DNA of 64,000 bases from an uncultured Planctomycetota bacterium (lineage in GTDB: Bacteria > Planctomycetota > Planctomycetia > Pirellulales > Lacipirellulaceae), in assembly GCA_963719315.1 (NCBI GenBank), contig CAVRBU010000002.1:1344001-1408000 (forward strand), in the 5' to 3' direction. Of this stretch, positions 1 to 10,701 are shown piece after piece (within the stretch, counting starts at the first letter, position 1; each line of letters opens with the position of its first letter). Both the position numbers and the translations under genes were made by a program. Below the pieces are notes generated by a model, which ran no database searches, was not told the DNA's origin, and saw only the letters and a program-made list of their open reading frames with translations.

Positions 1-3000
1 GGCAGCATCACGTTCGATGTGCCAACAATCAGCCTGGACGCGGATTTGACGGCCCCGACGCTGACCGGCACGGCCACCACGCTAATCGTCCTCTCGAATG
101 CCGCGCAAATTCAGGATGCGGTGACCCTCGCGATTTCCGGAGCCACGATCAACGTGGCGGCGGGAACGTTTGATGAAGACGTAAGCTTGAACAAAGACGG
201 TTTGAAACTATTTGGGGCTGGCGCGTCCTCGACCACGATCCGCGGCGTGATCGGTGGACCCGACGGCGCCACGATTCGCATCGCCGCGAACAATCTCGAA
301 ATTGCCGGCCTGACGATTACACGAAACGGCAACACGGTCGCCGATTGGAATAATCCGGCTTTGAACACCGCTGGCATCGCCGTGATTGGCCAGGCGCTGT
401 CCGGCGCCCTGATCCACGACAATATCATTACCGGCAACCGCACTGGTATCGATATCAACAATTCGAACGGCCACACGGTCCGGAACAATGTGATCACGGA
501 CAATCACACCGGTATGATTTTCCGCAATCAGACGGATAACACGACCGTTGTCGAGAACGCGATAACCGACAATCGGACGGTAGGCATCGTGTTCCTCGAC
601 GCCAGCGGCGGATCGAACAGCCCCGTTCAACAGGCTCTCAACAGCACGTTCAGTGGCAACAACATCAGCAGCAACTGGTATGGCCAAATCGTGGATCGTC
701 AATCCGGCGGTTCGTTGCCGTTGCCTGGAGCCAACCTGAAGAATTTCAGCGGCAACTGGTTCGGAACGGCGGCTCCCGTCATCACTACAGCGAACAGCGC
801 CGAGCCTGCCTACGCCTCCCTGATTCCGCCATCGGCAGGCGGCAGTGCAATGGCTCCTGGCGGCCAACCCGATATCGCCGGTCCGGCGTCGGCGAATTTC
901 GACATCTCACCGCTGTTGCTCTCCGGAGTGGACACCGATCTGCTGGAATTCGGCTTCCAAGGGGACTACAGCACGGTGTTAGCCACGACTGAAGGCGCTC
1001 AAACGCTCGGCGGTCGAATCGACGAAGCGATTGGTGTCGTCCCCTCGGGCGGAACGGTAAAGATTGCGGCTGGCGTGTATGCGGAAAGCGTGGATGCCAC
1101 CACGAATTCCGTGATTCTCGCGCCTGGCGCAAGCCCGGGCCAAGTCACGGTGAACAGCCTGACGCTCGATAATAACGACGCCCTGGCGATCGAAATCGAC
1201 GGCCTAACTCCTGGTACGCAATACGACAAATTCGTCGTTACCGGCACTGCAACATTAGGCGACGCAGCGCTGACGACGACCGGCACCTACATTCCGTCGC
1301 TCGGCAATGCGTTTACCGTGATCGATGCGGCCACACTTTCAGGTACGCTCTCGACCACCAGTGCCACGCTCAATGGCTTCCCGCTCTCGGTTACGTATCC
1401 TGGCAGCGGCTATGTCGTGCTGGCGGTCTCGCCACAGATGGACGTTCGGGTCGACGACGATTGGACGGTCTCCGTGGGCGGAGACATCGCGCCCGCGGGA
1501 CTCTCGAATGGTGACACGGTTGAATCGGGCGCTGGCGAAACCGTCGTCAGCGGTTTGACATTCGGCTACAACGCCTTCGCAACGATCACCGACGCGCTGG
1601 CCGCTGTGCTCAATGGCGGCACGATCCACGTGCTGGCCGGCACGTACCTGGAATCGCTCGCAATCGCCAAGGACGTGACGATCGAAGGTCAAAGCGACAC
1701 CGGCCCCGGAGCGGTTCATCTCGATGCGAACTCGGCGTTCACCGCCATCGATATCAGCCCCACGTACGACGTTACGATCTCGGGTCTCGAAATCTCGAAC
1801 TACTTCTCGACCGGCATTCACGAGAACGGCGCCAGCCTAGCGCTGAACGGCACGACACTCAACGGCGGTCTGACCGGCGTTTGGATCGATGGCGGAACGC
1901 TCGATATGGACAACACCGTCATCAGCGGCGTGGCCGTCTTCGGCATTCAGATCGGCGCCAGCGGTATTGCCGATATCGCTACCAGCGAGATCATGGGCAC
2001 CGCCACCACGGCGGCCGGCGTCATCGTTTCTTCCGGCCATGCCGATATCAACAACAGCGTCCTCAGCGGCAACAACCGCGGCATGTTGGTCAATGCCACC
2101 GGCACCGCCGCCATCCACGGCAGCTACCTGGACGGCAACAGCATCGCGGCAATCGTCAACGGCACCGCGACGGTTGTGGATGCTTCGGGCAACGCCTGGG
2201 GCACGAACGTGGATACCGGCCCGACTGGCGTTCAGTCGAAAACTGTCGGCCCGGTCGATTTCACACCGTACCTCGATTCCAGCACCGATACGGACAGCGG
2301 CGCCCGCGGCTTCGTAGGCGACCTCTCGCATTTGCACGTGACGACACTCGGCAGTCAAACCGGCGGCGTCGGACGCATTCAAGAAGGCGTGGACGATATC
2401 GAGGACGGCGCGCTCACCGGCGGCGGCCGGATTCTGGACGTTCATGCCGGCACGTATGCAGAAAACTTGCTCGTCAATAAATCGGTCTACTTGAAGGGCG
2501 CCAATGACGGAACGGCCGGCAGCGGCTCTCGCGGCACCGAATCCGTGATTCGCGCGAGCGGCAACACCTCCGGCGTCGTGACCGTTACTGCCAACGATAT
2601 TACGATTAGCGGTTTTACGGTCAGCGGCGACGATCCGAGTGTGACCGGCCTGCCCGTCCACAGTGGCGCTGATGCGAATGCGCTCTACGCGATCACCAAT
2701 GGCGATACCGTGTCTGGCGCTCCGATCGATGGCCTCACGGTCCGCGACAACATCATCCAACAGGCGGCCTTGGGCGTTCACGGGAACGGCATTTCCGGCG
2801 CGTCTACGAAAAGTGTAATCGATGCCAACCTGTTCCAAGACATCGGCGTCTACGACTTTGGCTACGCCATTAGTCTGCGCAACAATTTCTACGCCGATAT
2901 CACCAACAACGTGATGCGCCGCGTCTATACGGGCGTGCTCGCCAACAACTTCTCCACATCCAAAGGCTCGCCCTGGTTGATGCAGGGGAACGACATCGAA

Positions 3001-6000
3001 AGCTACGCGGCCGGCCTGTGGCACAATCAGTCGTACGGCGCTTCGACGGTGATGACGATCGACGGCAACATGTTCAAGCAGTCCTCCGGACCAGCCGTAG
3101 CGGACAACATTGGCATCCTGTTTACGCTCGGTCCGGGTGGCAACTTGCCGACCGTGACCGGCAACACGATCGAGGACCACGATTACGGCGTGGTCGTGTG
3201 GGGAACGCCTGGCGGCCTCACGCTCGGAAGCACGAATTCCATTTCCGGAGCGGACACCGGCATCTATGTGACTAACAACGTGGGCTTCAACCCGATCGGA
3301 TCAACGGTTCTCGGTCTTGTGGGGACGCCCTCGTCGGTCGTGGTGGACGGGATGATGATCGACGCATCGACAACGGGCATCATCGTCCGAGGCGACGCGG
3401 GCGGCGGCGTCAGTTCGGTCGTTGTGCAGAATGATACCGAAATCAGTGGCGCGGCGACCGGCATTTTGATAAGTGGGCCAAACGCAACCGCGACGATTTC
3501 CGGCAACGATGCCTCGATCCACGGCAACGCGATCGGCATCGACGTCGACGGCGGCTCGGCCACGATTACCAACAACCATATCTACGACAACACCACCGGT
3601 ATCCGCCTCATTTCCGGCGGCAGCGCGACGATCGACGACAATGATTTCGAAGGCGGCGGCAGCCCGGACAACGGAACCGATATTCTGTTGACGGTCAGCT
3701 CCGGCGGCATCACCGGCGGCGTTGTGACCGGCAATACGTTCGCCGGTTCCACGTACATTCGCAACGAATCACCTCAGGATATCACCGCGCTCCGCGACCC
3801 CTACGGGACGAATTTCTACAATGTGGCCGGCGTGGCCACCACAAACGATTTCACGATCGAAAGCCGCATCTACCATCAAGTCGACAACGCGTCGTCGGGT
3901 CTGGTGACCTGGGTGCCGAATACGATCTTTGTCGCCAGCGTTGCCGAAACGGGCAGCACGCCGACAGCTACCGACAACGATTACACGCGGATCAAGAACG
4001 CGATCGAAGCGGCCGGAGACGGCGACATTATCCAACTTCTAGGCGGCGGTGCGAACGCTTTTAATTGGACCGAATCATTTGCGGCCGCTTCGTGGGCCTT
4101 AGGCAACGATGGCGTGGCCAGCACCGCTGACGATTACTCGATCTTGACGCTAGATGGACTGGAAGACGTTACGTTGACGGCGCCAGGCGGGTTGGGCACC
4201 GCGACAATACTCGGCCCCGGCGAAGAGATCGGCCGCGCCGGCGGCTTCCTGGCATTCCGCGGTGGCGTAAACACTGGGTGGACGATTTCCGAACTCGAGA
4301 TCAACAACTTCGAATACGGTATCGGTTACTTCTTCGGCGCCGGCGGATTGCACGCTTATGACGATACGACCATCACGCACAACCATATCGTGCTACCGGC
4401 CGACGTGCCAGAGACCGTCGATTCGTTCACCGATGACGATATCGAACCTGGTTATGGCAAAGACGTGAACGTAGCCATTCACTTCTCATTCGGTGATAAC
4501 CAGACAATATCCGACAACATCATTGATTTTGCCGGTGACGGCGTAAGCGATTCGGGCATGGGCTCCTATGCCGCGTCGATCGGCATGTTGTCCGATACGA
4601 GCGGCTCTGCCTACGAAGGCCTGCTAATCACCGGCAATACACTGAACGTGCTGGCCGCCCAATCGGCCGATCCAGAAGTGATTCGCGGTATTTGGGAAAA
4701 TGGCCACGCACACACCAGCAACATCACGATTAGTGACAATCACTTCTACAATCTCGCCGGAGGCAACGATCCAACGCTGAATCTGCAGCGTGCCTTTACG
4801 GTCACGTCGCATTCCAGCGTAACCACGACCGTGACATACGCAAACAACACGGTCGATGGCGCCAACATGGGCTGGCAATGGTTGGGCGGGGCAAACTTCG
4901 CCGGAACGCAACCGGTCGTGCTCAGCGGCAATACGCTTACCAACGTAGCCACCGGTATGCTGATCCGGTCCAATGGATCGGCCACGCTGACGGGCAACAG
5001 CTTTACGAACAGCGGCGCGATGCTGCACGTCGGTATCGGCGTCGACGTGGCGGCCGGATCGACGGCCGAACTCGACGGCGGCGCAAGCGAGAACAGCATC
5101 GTCGGTTTCGATACGGCCATCCGTTCCGATGGAACGGTTAACGTCCACGACAACAACGCCTCGATTCACGGCAACCTCATCGGCATCGATGTTACGGGCG
5201 GTACCGCCACAATCAGCGGCAATCATATTTACGACAACACCACCGGTATCCGCTTCGCGGGCACCGGAGGTTCGATCGACAATAACGTTTTCGACGACAA
5301 TAGCGACAACACGACTGACCTGTTGATCGTCAGCGGTGCCGGAACGTTAAGCAGCGTTAGCGGCAACTCTTTCGCCGGCGACACGTTCTTTATCGAAAAT
5401 CAAGATGACCAGAGTGTCGATGCCACGAGCGACACATTCGATGAAGTGAGCAACTACCGCATCGAAGACAAGATGCACCACCGCGTGGACACCGATCTGG
5501 CGGTAACAACCGGTTTGGTTACCTGGGTGACCGGCAATTTGTACATCACTGATCCGGCAATCAATCCTGTTTCAACCGATTCGAGCATTCAGCGCGGCAT
5601 CGACGCCGCGTTGGCCGGCAACACGATTAACGTCGAGGCGGGCACGTACACCGACAGCGCACAAATCGTCGTCGACAAAGACCTGGCGATCATCGGCGAA
5701 GGCAAGACGGCAACAATCTTCACCAAGAACTTCGACACCGCCGCTAGCGGCGATGCCCGCGGTTGGTGGCTTGTGAATGACGGGGTTTCGCTCGAATTGA
5801 GCGACGTTGCCTTCGACGGAAGCGGGAATCTCACCTGGCAGGCGATTCGCCACAAGGGCGCGGGCACGATCGACAACGTCGCCTTTACAGAGATCAAGTT
5901 CCAAGAATCCGGTCCGAGTTACGCCGGCACGGCCGTTGCCTATTTCCCGACCGCGGGCGGCAATCTGGACGTTACCAACTCGATGTTCAGTGAAATCGGT

Positions 6001-9000
6001 CGCCAGGGCGTACTGTACTTCGGCACGGGTGTGACCGGTATGTTCAAAGACAATATGTACACCGGCAAGGGGGCCGGCGACTGGCTGGATTATGCCGTGG
6101 AAGTGGGCGCTGGGGCCAAGATTGATATCATCGGCAGCACGATTTCCGGCAACCTCGGCGTCGCGTCCAGCGACGGTTCGACATCGGCCGGCGTACTTGT
6201 CACGACGTTCTTCGGAGCAGGCTCTGAGGCTCATTTCAGTGGCGCCAATGTCATCTCCGGCAATACCACCGGCGTAGCCATTGGATATGACGGCACCGAC
6301 AGTTCCGTCGTTACGGTCAATAGCGGCCAGTTCAAAAACAATACGGCGCATGGCATCAGCATCGTCGGCGGCAGCTCTGCCATGCTGAGCGTGACGGGCG
6401 CAACCCTCACCGGCAATAGTGATGCCGGCATTTTGGCCGACGGTGCCAATGTGAAGGTGGACAGCACCGACCTGACGGGTAACGACGTTGGTATCCGCGT
6501 TCAGAATGACGCGGTCGTAGACGCCGGCGGCGGAGCATTTAGCAGCATCGGCGGAAATATCCTCACGGGCTACACGGGAACGGGCGGCAACTACGCCATT
6601 GAAGATCTAAACCTCGCGCCCGGCCCCGATGTTAACGCCCAGTTCAACGATTTCGGCCCGTACGTCAACATTTCGATCATCGAGAACTACGTCTTCGACG
6701 ACACCGACGATCCGACGCGAACGATGGTCATCTTCATCGGCGCGCTCAATCAACAGCCGGCGCCGTCTGTCGTCTTTGTCGATGACGATTGGGCTGGCAC
6801 GTCGCTCGGTACGGACGCGGACGGCGCGGGCAATGTCGTCGCGAATTGGACCGGCATCGGCGGTAACGCCAACGGCACGCAGTTCGGCGTCGACCAGTTC
6901 GCCACGATTCAGGATGCGATCAACGCGATCGCCCCGGGCGGCAGCATTTATGTTTACGACGGATCGTACGTTCAAGAGCTTGTTGTCGACCGATCGCTCT
7001 CGTTGTTCGGCTACCAAGCCGGGCAGGATGCGCGAACCCGCGGCGTAGTGTCTGAGGCCGTCATCCAGGCAAGCACTGCGAGCGACGCTTTGATCGAGGT
7101 TTCAGCGGCCGGCGTCACGATCGACGGCTTTACCATCGACGGAGACGATCTGGCCACCCGCGCAGTCCGCGTTAACGAAGTTGATGATGCGGTCGTGCGC
7201 AACAACATCATCACAGCGGCCGTGCGCGGCGTGCAGTACAACGGCTCCGCCGGTGGCAACTCCGGCGGTCTGGTGGAACAAAACCTCATCGAGAACCTGA
7301 CGGCTGACGCAAACGGCAGCTACGGCGTCCTCGCGTTTGACGCGAGCTATGCGGCTGTCATGAACAACGACATGACGGGTCTCGACGTCGGTATCTTCGA
7401 GCAATACTTCTATCAACCGAACGGCGGGGGGAACGCCGCCAACGTCATCAGCGGCAACGACATTTCTGCCGCTGTGCTCGGCTATGGCACGAACGAGCGA
7501 AGTTCCGCCGCGGCGACGACGGCGCTCTCCGATAACGTGTACACGATCGGCGCCGGCGGCGTAGGCATCCAGCTCTACAACATCTACAAAGCCAACGGCA
7601 TTACGCTTACGAATGAAACAATTACCGGCGCGCATGTCGGCGTTTACGCGTACGTCAACGGCGGCTCGGTATCGATTGCCGATAGCTCCATCACCGGCGA
7701 CGGAACTGCCGGCTCGATCGGCGTTCAATTGACCAACTACTTGGCCGCTTACTCCTCCTATGCCACGGCCTTCTCAAATGTCCCGGGCGCGGTCACCATC
7801 AGCGGCTCGGACATTAGCAGTTTCAAAACGGGCGTATTCGTCGAAGACGCGGACGCCGATTTTGATCTGGATTTGATCGACGACGCGACCGGTTCCGTCA
7901 CGGCGACAATTACTGACGATACCGATATCTCGGGCGCCGACACCGGCATCCTGGTCAGCGGCCCTGCTGCGTCCGCCATCATTACCGGCAACGACGCGTC
8001 GATCCACGGCAACGTCGTTGGCATCGACGTCGACGGCGGCTCGGCCACGATCGCCGGCAACCACATCTATGACAACGGCACCGGCGTCTGGTTCCACAAC
8101 GGCGGCGCCGGCTCGGTCGGCGGCGCACTTCTCGTCGATGGCAACAACTTCGATGACAACGTCGCCGGCGACGGGGCCGACGACAACGCCACCGACATCT
8201 TGATTGATTCTTCGGCCGGTACGGTCGATATTCTCGGCAATAACCAATTCGCGGGCGACACGTTCTTCATCGATAACCAAAGCACGACCGACTACGACCT
8301 GTCGAGCAATGGGACCACCTTCGATGAAACCGGTGCGGATGCCAACTTCCGCATCGAAGACAAGATCCACCACGAAATGGATACGGATCTCGCGCTTGGC
8401 AACGGCCTCGTTACCTGGGTTGCCGGCAACCTCTACGTGACGGATGGCGGCACCGACCACAGCATTCAGCGCGGCGTTGATGTCGCGACGGCTGGCAACA
8501 CGATCAATGTCGAAGCTGGCACCTACATTGAAAATGTTAGCGTCGATAAGAGCCTAACGCTGCTGTCCGACTCTGGTCGGGCGATCACCACGATTCAAGG
8601 TATCTCCAATGTTGGCGCTCTTGGCACGCTGTTGATCACGAACGGCACGAATGATGTAACGATTGGCGGACCCACCGGCAATGGCTTTACCATCATTGGC
8701 ATCGACAACGGCAATCCTGGCATTGAAAACGCTGCCGTCTACCTCCAAGGGACACACGACAATATCGAGTTCCGCTACAACGATGTTGTGGCCAATGGCG
8801 ATGAAGGCTTGTTGACCGAATTTGGCCAGGCCAACTCCAACTTCATCATCGACAACAATATCTTCTCCGGCCAGACGTTCGTTGGGCCTACCCCGGCAGA
8901 CAACGGTTTTGCCAACCAATTCACGACACCGAACGTGCCGCGCCAATTGGTGGTCATGGGTTCTGGTTCCGGAACCACCACGACGACAAATATCACGTTC

Positions 9001-10701
9001 ACGAATAATCAAATTACAGGCACCGCCGGCGGCTCCAATGGCGGCGGCGAGCAGGGTAACACACTTGTGACTATCGATGCATTGGGAACATCGATCAGTG
9101 GTAACACGTTCTCCGGCACAACGACTCGGTTCGGCAACAGCCTGCGTGCCCGCGGCGCGAACAACATCATCACCGGCAACATCTTCAACAGCACCGGGAT
9201 GGGAGCGAACACCGTCGATCTGTACGTCAATCGCGCTGGGAATATCATCCAGGGCAACACGTTTTCCAGCACTGCCGGTGGCGCTCTACAGGTCGACGGC
9301 GCCCTTGGTGGCGCCACGATCGGCGGCGCCGGTTTGGGCGAGGCGAACTCGTTCAGCGGCTACGACGCGGGTGTGATCATCACTGGCGCTACCGCTACGG
9401 TCGACTCGAACATGTTTACCAGTAATGGATTCGGTGTGGTCGATGCCGGCTCTGCTACGATCGTCGATAACACGTTCAGTAGTACGACTGCGGACGTCGA
9501 CGTTAACTCCGGCACCGCATTCGTTCAAGACAATTCGTTCGCCGGACCGATCGGCGTTTTGGTTCGCAATGGCGGTATTGCCGATCTTGGCCAGACCGGC
9601 AACCCTTCGCCAAGTGATTTCACCGGTCTCGGCATTAGCGCGGGCGGCAATGACTTCTCGTCCTACGCGCCCACCGCGACGGCCGCATCCGGCGCCATCG
9701 TTGATCTCAACACGAACGGCGCGAATGCCGATCCGGGACGCCAGGGCCCGCCGCTCGACGTCACCGCCTTCGGCAATACGTGGACAGACCCGACGCCCAA
9801 CGGTATCGAGGACGTCGTCTATCACGATAGCGATGATAGTTCGCTCGGTTTCGTCGATTTCGCCGCCTTCGGAAGTTTGAGCGTAATGGCCACCACCTCG
9901 ACCTCCATTCTCGAAGGTGGCTCCGTCTCGATCAGCGGCTCGTTCTCGAATGTTCCGCAGGCCCATACGATCACGATCGTCTGGGGCGATAGCAGCCCGG
10001 ACACGGTCATCAACAATCTCTCCGGCGACTTCGATTTCAGCTCGTCGCACACATACATCGACAACGTCAACGGCACGCCATTCAGCAACTTCCCGATTAC
10101 GGTGACCGTAACGGACGCATCGTTGGCCATGATCGGTCCGTCCGCGCCGATCAATGTACTGGTGACTAATACAGACCCCGTTATCGACACGTTTACCGGC
10201 CCATTGACGGCTGGCACCGGCCAAACCAAGCACTACACCTTTACTGCCAGCGACCTCGGCGACGGAAACCGCACGCCTGGCCAACTCTCCGCGGGCGCGA
10301 TGCTTGCGCCAAGTGGCGGCGCGACGGCGAGCCTGGTGGGCCCCGTTGTATTTGATACGACGACCGGTATTGGCAGCTTCGACGTCCTGTTCACCGCACC
10401 TCCGGGAGGTGGTTCGGTGGATATCAAGGTCACGGTATCCGACGACGATTTCGCCTCTGATATGGAGACGCTTACCGTCAACGTCGGCAATACGCTCCAA
10501 GTCACCAATTTCGTGACCAATCCCAGCGGATTTGACGTTACGTTCAATCGAGAACCTAACCTCAGCGATTTGAATCTCTACGATGGTCGAAAAGCCAGCG
10601 AAGTAACCGTGGTAATCGACCCAGCGGATATCATCGTGACCCGCCAGGTGGTGCGGGACCGGCGACCGTCGTCAACGGCTCAATGGCTTGGGATGCGTTG
10701 A
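1..10701 (+). CDS. Giant extracellular/surface protein, N-terminal part (5' end outside window): many right-handed parallel beta-helix (PbH1/pectin-lyase-like) modules, an autotransporter-passenger-like segment and PKD/Ig-like domains
   Basis: Frame 1 is open from base 1 (GSITFDV...) for 3,560+ codons. Recurrent 'IQxAIxxxxxGxTIxVxAGTYxE' beta-helix caps, Asn/Gly/Thr-rich 'IxxNxIxxN' rungs and a PKD-like 'TIVWGDSSPD...HTYIDN' near 9970-10070. Homology continues into the next ORF through a frameshift near 10642. Confidence 0.85.
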   Translation, partial: GSITFDVPTISLDADLTAPTLTGTATTLIVLSNAAQIQDAVTLAISGATINVAAGTFDEDVSLNKDGLKLFGAGASSTTIRGVIGGPDGATIRIAANNLEIAGLTITRNGNTVADWNNPALNTAGIAVIGQALSGALIHDNIITGNRTGIDINNSNGHTVRNNVITDNHTGMIFRNQTDNTTVVENAITDNRTVGIVFLDASGGSNSPVQQALNSTFSGNNISSNWYGQIVDRQSGGSLPLPGANLKNFSGNWFGTAAPVITTANSAEPAYASLIPPSAGGSAMAPGGQPDIAGPASANFDISPLLLSGVDTDLLEFGFQGDYSTVLATTEGAQTLGGRIDEAIGVVPSGGTVKIAAGVYAESVDATTNSVILAPGASPGQVTVNSLTLDNNDALAIEIDGLTPGTQYDKFVVTGTATLGDAALTTTGTYIPSLGNAFTVIDAATLSGTLSTTSATLNGFPLSVTYPGSGYVVLAVSPQMDVRVDDDWTVSVGGDIAPAGLSNGDTVESGAGETVVSGLTFGYNAFATITDALAAVLNGGTIHVLAGTYLESLAIAKDVTIEGQSDTGPGAVHLDANSAFTAIDISPTYDVTISGLEISNYFSTGIHENGASLALNGTTLNGGLTGVWIDGGTLDMDNTVISGVAVFGIQIGASGIADIATSEIMGTATTAAGVIVSSGHADINNSVLSGNNRGMLVNATGTAAIHGSYLDGNSIAAIVNGTATVVDASGNAWGTNVDTGPTGVQSKTVGPVDFTPYLDSSTDTDSGARGFVGDLSHLHVTTLGSQTGGVGRIQEGVDDIEDGALTGGGRILDVHAGTYAENLLVNKSVYLKGANDGTAGSGSRGTESVIRASGNTSGVVTVTANDITISGFTVSGDDPSVTGLPVHSGADANALYAITNGDTVSGAPIDGLTVRDNIIQQAALGVHGNGISGASTKSVIDANLFQDIGVYDFGYAISLRNNFYADITNNVMRRVYTGVLANNFSTSKGSPWLMQGNDIESYAAGLWHNQSYGASTVMTIDGNMFKQSSGPAVADNIGILFTLGPGGNLPTVTGNTIEDHDYGVVVWGTPGGLTLGSTNSISGADTGIYVTNNVGFNPIGSTVLGLVGTPSSVVVDGMMIDASTTGIIVRGDAGGGVSSVVVQNDTEISGAATGILISGPNATATISGNDASIHGNAIGIDVDGGSATITNNHIYDNTTGIRLISGGSATIDDNDFEGGGSPDNGTDILLTVSSGGITGGVVTGNTFAGSTYIRNESPQDITALRDPYGTNFYNVAGVATTNDFTIESRIYHQVDNASSGLVTWVPNTIFVASVAETGSTPTATDNDYTRIKNAIEAAGDGDIIQLLGGGANAFNWTESFAAASWALGNDGVASTADDYSILTLDGLEDVTLTAPGGLGTATILGPGEEIGRAGGFLAFRGGVNTGWTISELEINNFEYGIGYFFGAGGLHAYDDTTITHNHIVLPADVPETVDSFTDDDIEPGYGKDVNVAIHFSFGDNQTISDNIIDFAGDGVSDSGMGSYAASIGMLSDTSGSAYEGLLITGNTLNVLAAQSADPEVIRGIWENGHAHTSNITISDNHFYNLAGGNDPTLNLQRAFTVTSHSSVTTTVTYANNTVDGANMGWQWLGGANFAGTQPVVLSGNTLTNVATGMLIRSNGSATLTGNSFTNSGAMLHVGIGVDVAAGSTAELDGGASENSIVGFDTAIRSDGTVNVHDNNASIHGNLIGIDVTGGTATISGNHIYDNTTGIRFAGTGGSIDNNVFDDNSDNTTDLLIVSGAGTLSSVSGNSFAGDTFFIENQDDQSVDATSDTFDEVSNYRIEDKMHHRVDTDLAVTTGLVTWVTGNLYITDPAINPVSTDSSIQRGIDAALAGNTINVEAGTYTDSAQIVVDKDLAIIGEGKTATIFTKNFDTAASGDARGWWLVNDGVSLELSDVAFDGSGNLTWQAIRHKGAGTIDNVAFTEIKFQESGPSYAGTAVAYFPTAGGNLDVTNSMFSEIGRQGVLYFGTGVTGMFKDNMYTGKGAGDWLDYAVEVGAGAKIDIIGSTISGNLGVASSDGSTSAGVLVTTFFGAGSEAHFSGANVISGNTTGVAIGYDGTDSSVVTVNSGQFKNNTAHGISIVGGSSAMLSVTGATLTGNSDAGILADGANVKVDSTDLTGNDVGIRVQNDAVVDAGGGAFSSIGGNILTGYTGTGGNYAIEDLNLAPGPDVNAQFNDFGPYVNISIIENYVFDDTDDPTRTMVIFIGALNQQPAPSVVFVDDDWAGTSLGTDADGAGNVVANWTGIGGNANGTQFGVDQFATIQDAINAIAPGGSIYVYDGSYVQELVVDRSLSLFGYQAGQDARTRGVVSEAVIQASTASDALIEVSAAGVTIDGFTIDGDDLATRAVRVNEVDDAVVRNNIITAAVRGVQYNGSAGGNSGGLVEQNLIENLTADANGSYGVLAFDASYAAVMNNDMTGLDVGIFEQYFYQPNGGGNAANVISGNDISAAVLGYGTNERSSAAATTALSDNVYTIGAGGVGIQLYNIYKANGITLTNETITGAHVGVYAYVNGGSVSIADSSITGDGTAGSIGVQLTNYLAAYSSYATAFSNVPGAVTISGSDISSFKTGVFVEDADADFDLDLIDDATGSVTATITDDTDISGADTGILVSGPAASAIITGNDASIHGNVVGIDVDGGSATIAGNHIYDNGTGVWFHNGGAGSVGGALLVDGNNFDDNVAGDGADDNATDILIDSSAGTVDILGNNQFAGDTFFIDNQSTTDYDLSSNGTTFDETGADANFRIEDKIHHEMDTDLALGNGLVTWVAGNLYVTDGGTDHSIQRGVDVATAGNTINVEAGTYIENVSVDKSLTLLSDSGRAITTIQGISNVGALGTLLITNGTNDVTIGGPTGNGFTIIGIDNGNPGIENAAVYLQGTHDNIEFRYNDVVANGDEGLLTEFGQANSNFIIDNNIFSGQTFVGPTPADNGFANQFTTPNVPRQLVVMGSGSGTTTTTNITFTNNQITGTAGGSNGGGEQGNTLVTIDALGTSISGNTFSGTTTRFGNSLRARGANNIITGNIFNSTGMGANTVDLYVNRAGNIIQGNTFSSTAGGALQVDGALGGATIGGAGLGEANSFSGYDAGVIITGATATVDSNMFTSNGFGVVDAGSATIVDNTFSSTTADVDVNSGTAFVQDNSFAGPIGVLVRNGGIADLGQTGNPSPSDFTGLGISAGGNDFSSYAPTATAASGAIVDLNTNGANADPGRQGPPLDVTAFGNTWTDPTPNGIEDVVYHDSDDSSLGFVDFAAFGSLSVMATTSTSILEGGSVSISGSFSNVPQAHTITIVWGDSSPDTVINNLSGDFDFSSSHTYIDNVNGTPFSNFPITVTVTDASLAMIGPSAPINVLVTNTDPVIDTFTGPLTAGTGQTKHYTFTASDLGDGNRTPGQLSAGAMLAPSGGATASLVGPVVFDTTTGIGSFDVLFTAPPGGGSVDIKVTVSDDDFASDMETLTVNVGNTLQVTNFVTNPSGFDVTFNREPNLSDLNLYDGRKASEVTVVIDPADIIVTRQVVRDRRPSSTAQWLGMR

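Noticed and set aside
3502..8085. Internal repeats of the giant gene as a DGR template/variable pair
   Set aside because: Differences are not adenine-specific, all copies are coding, and no reverse transcriptase is in the window.
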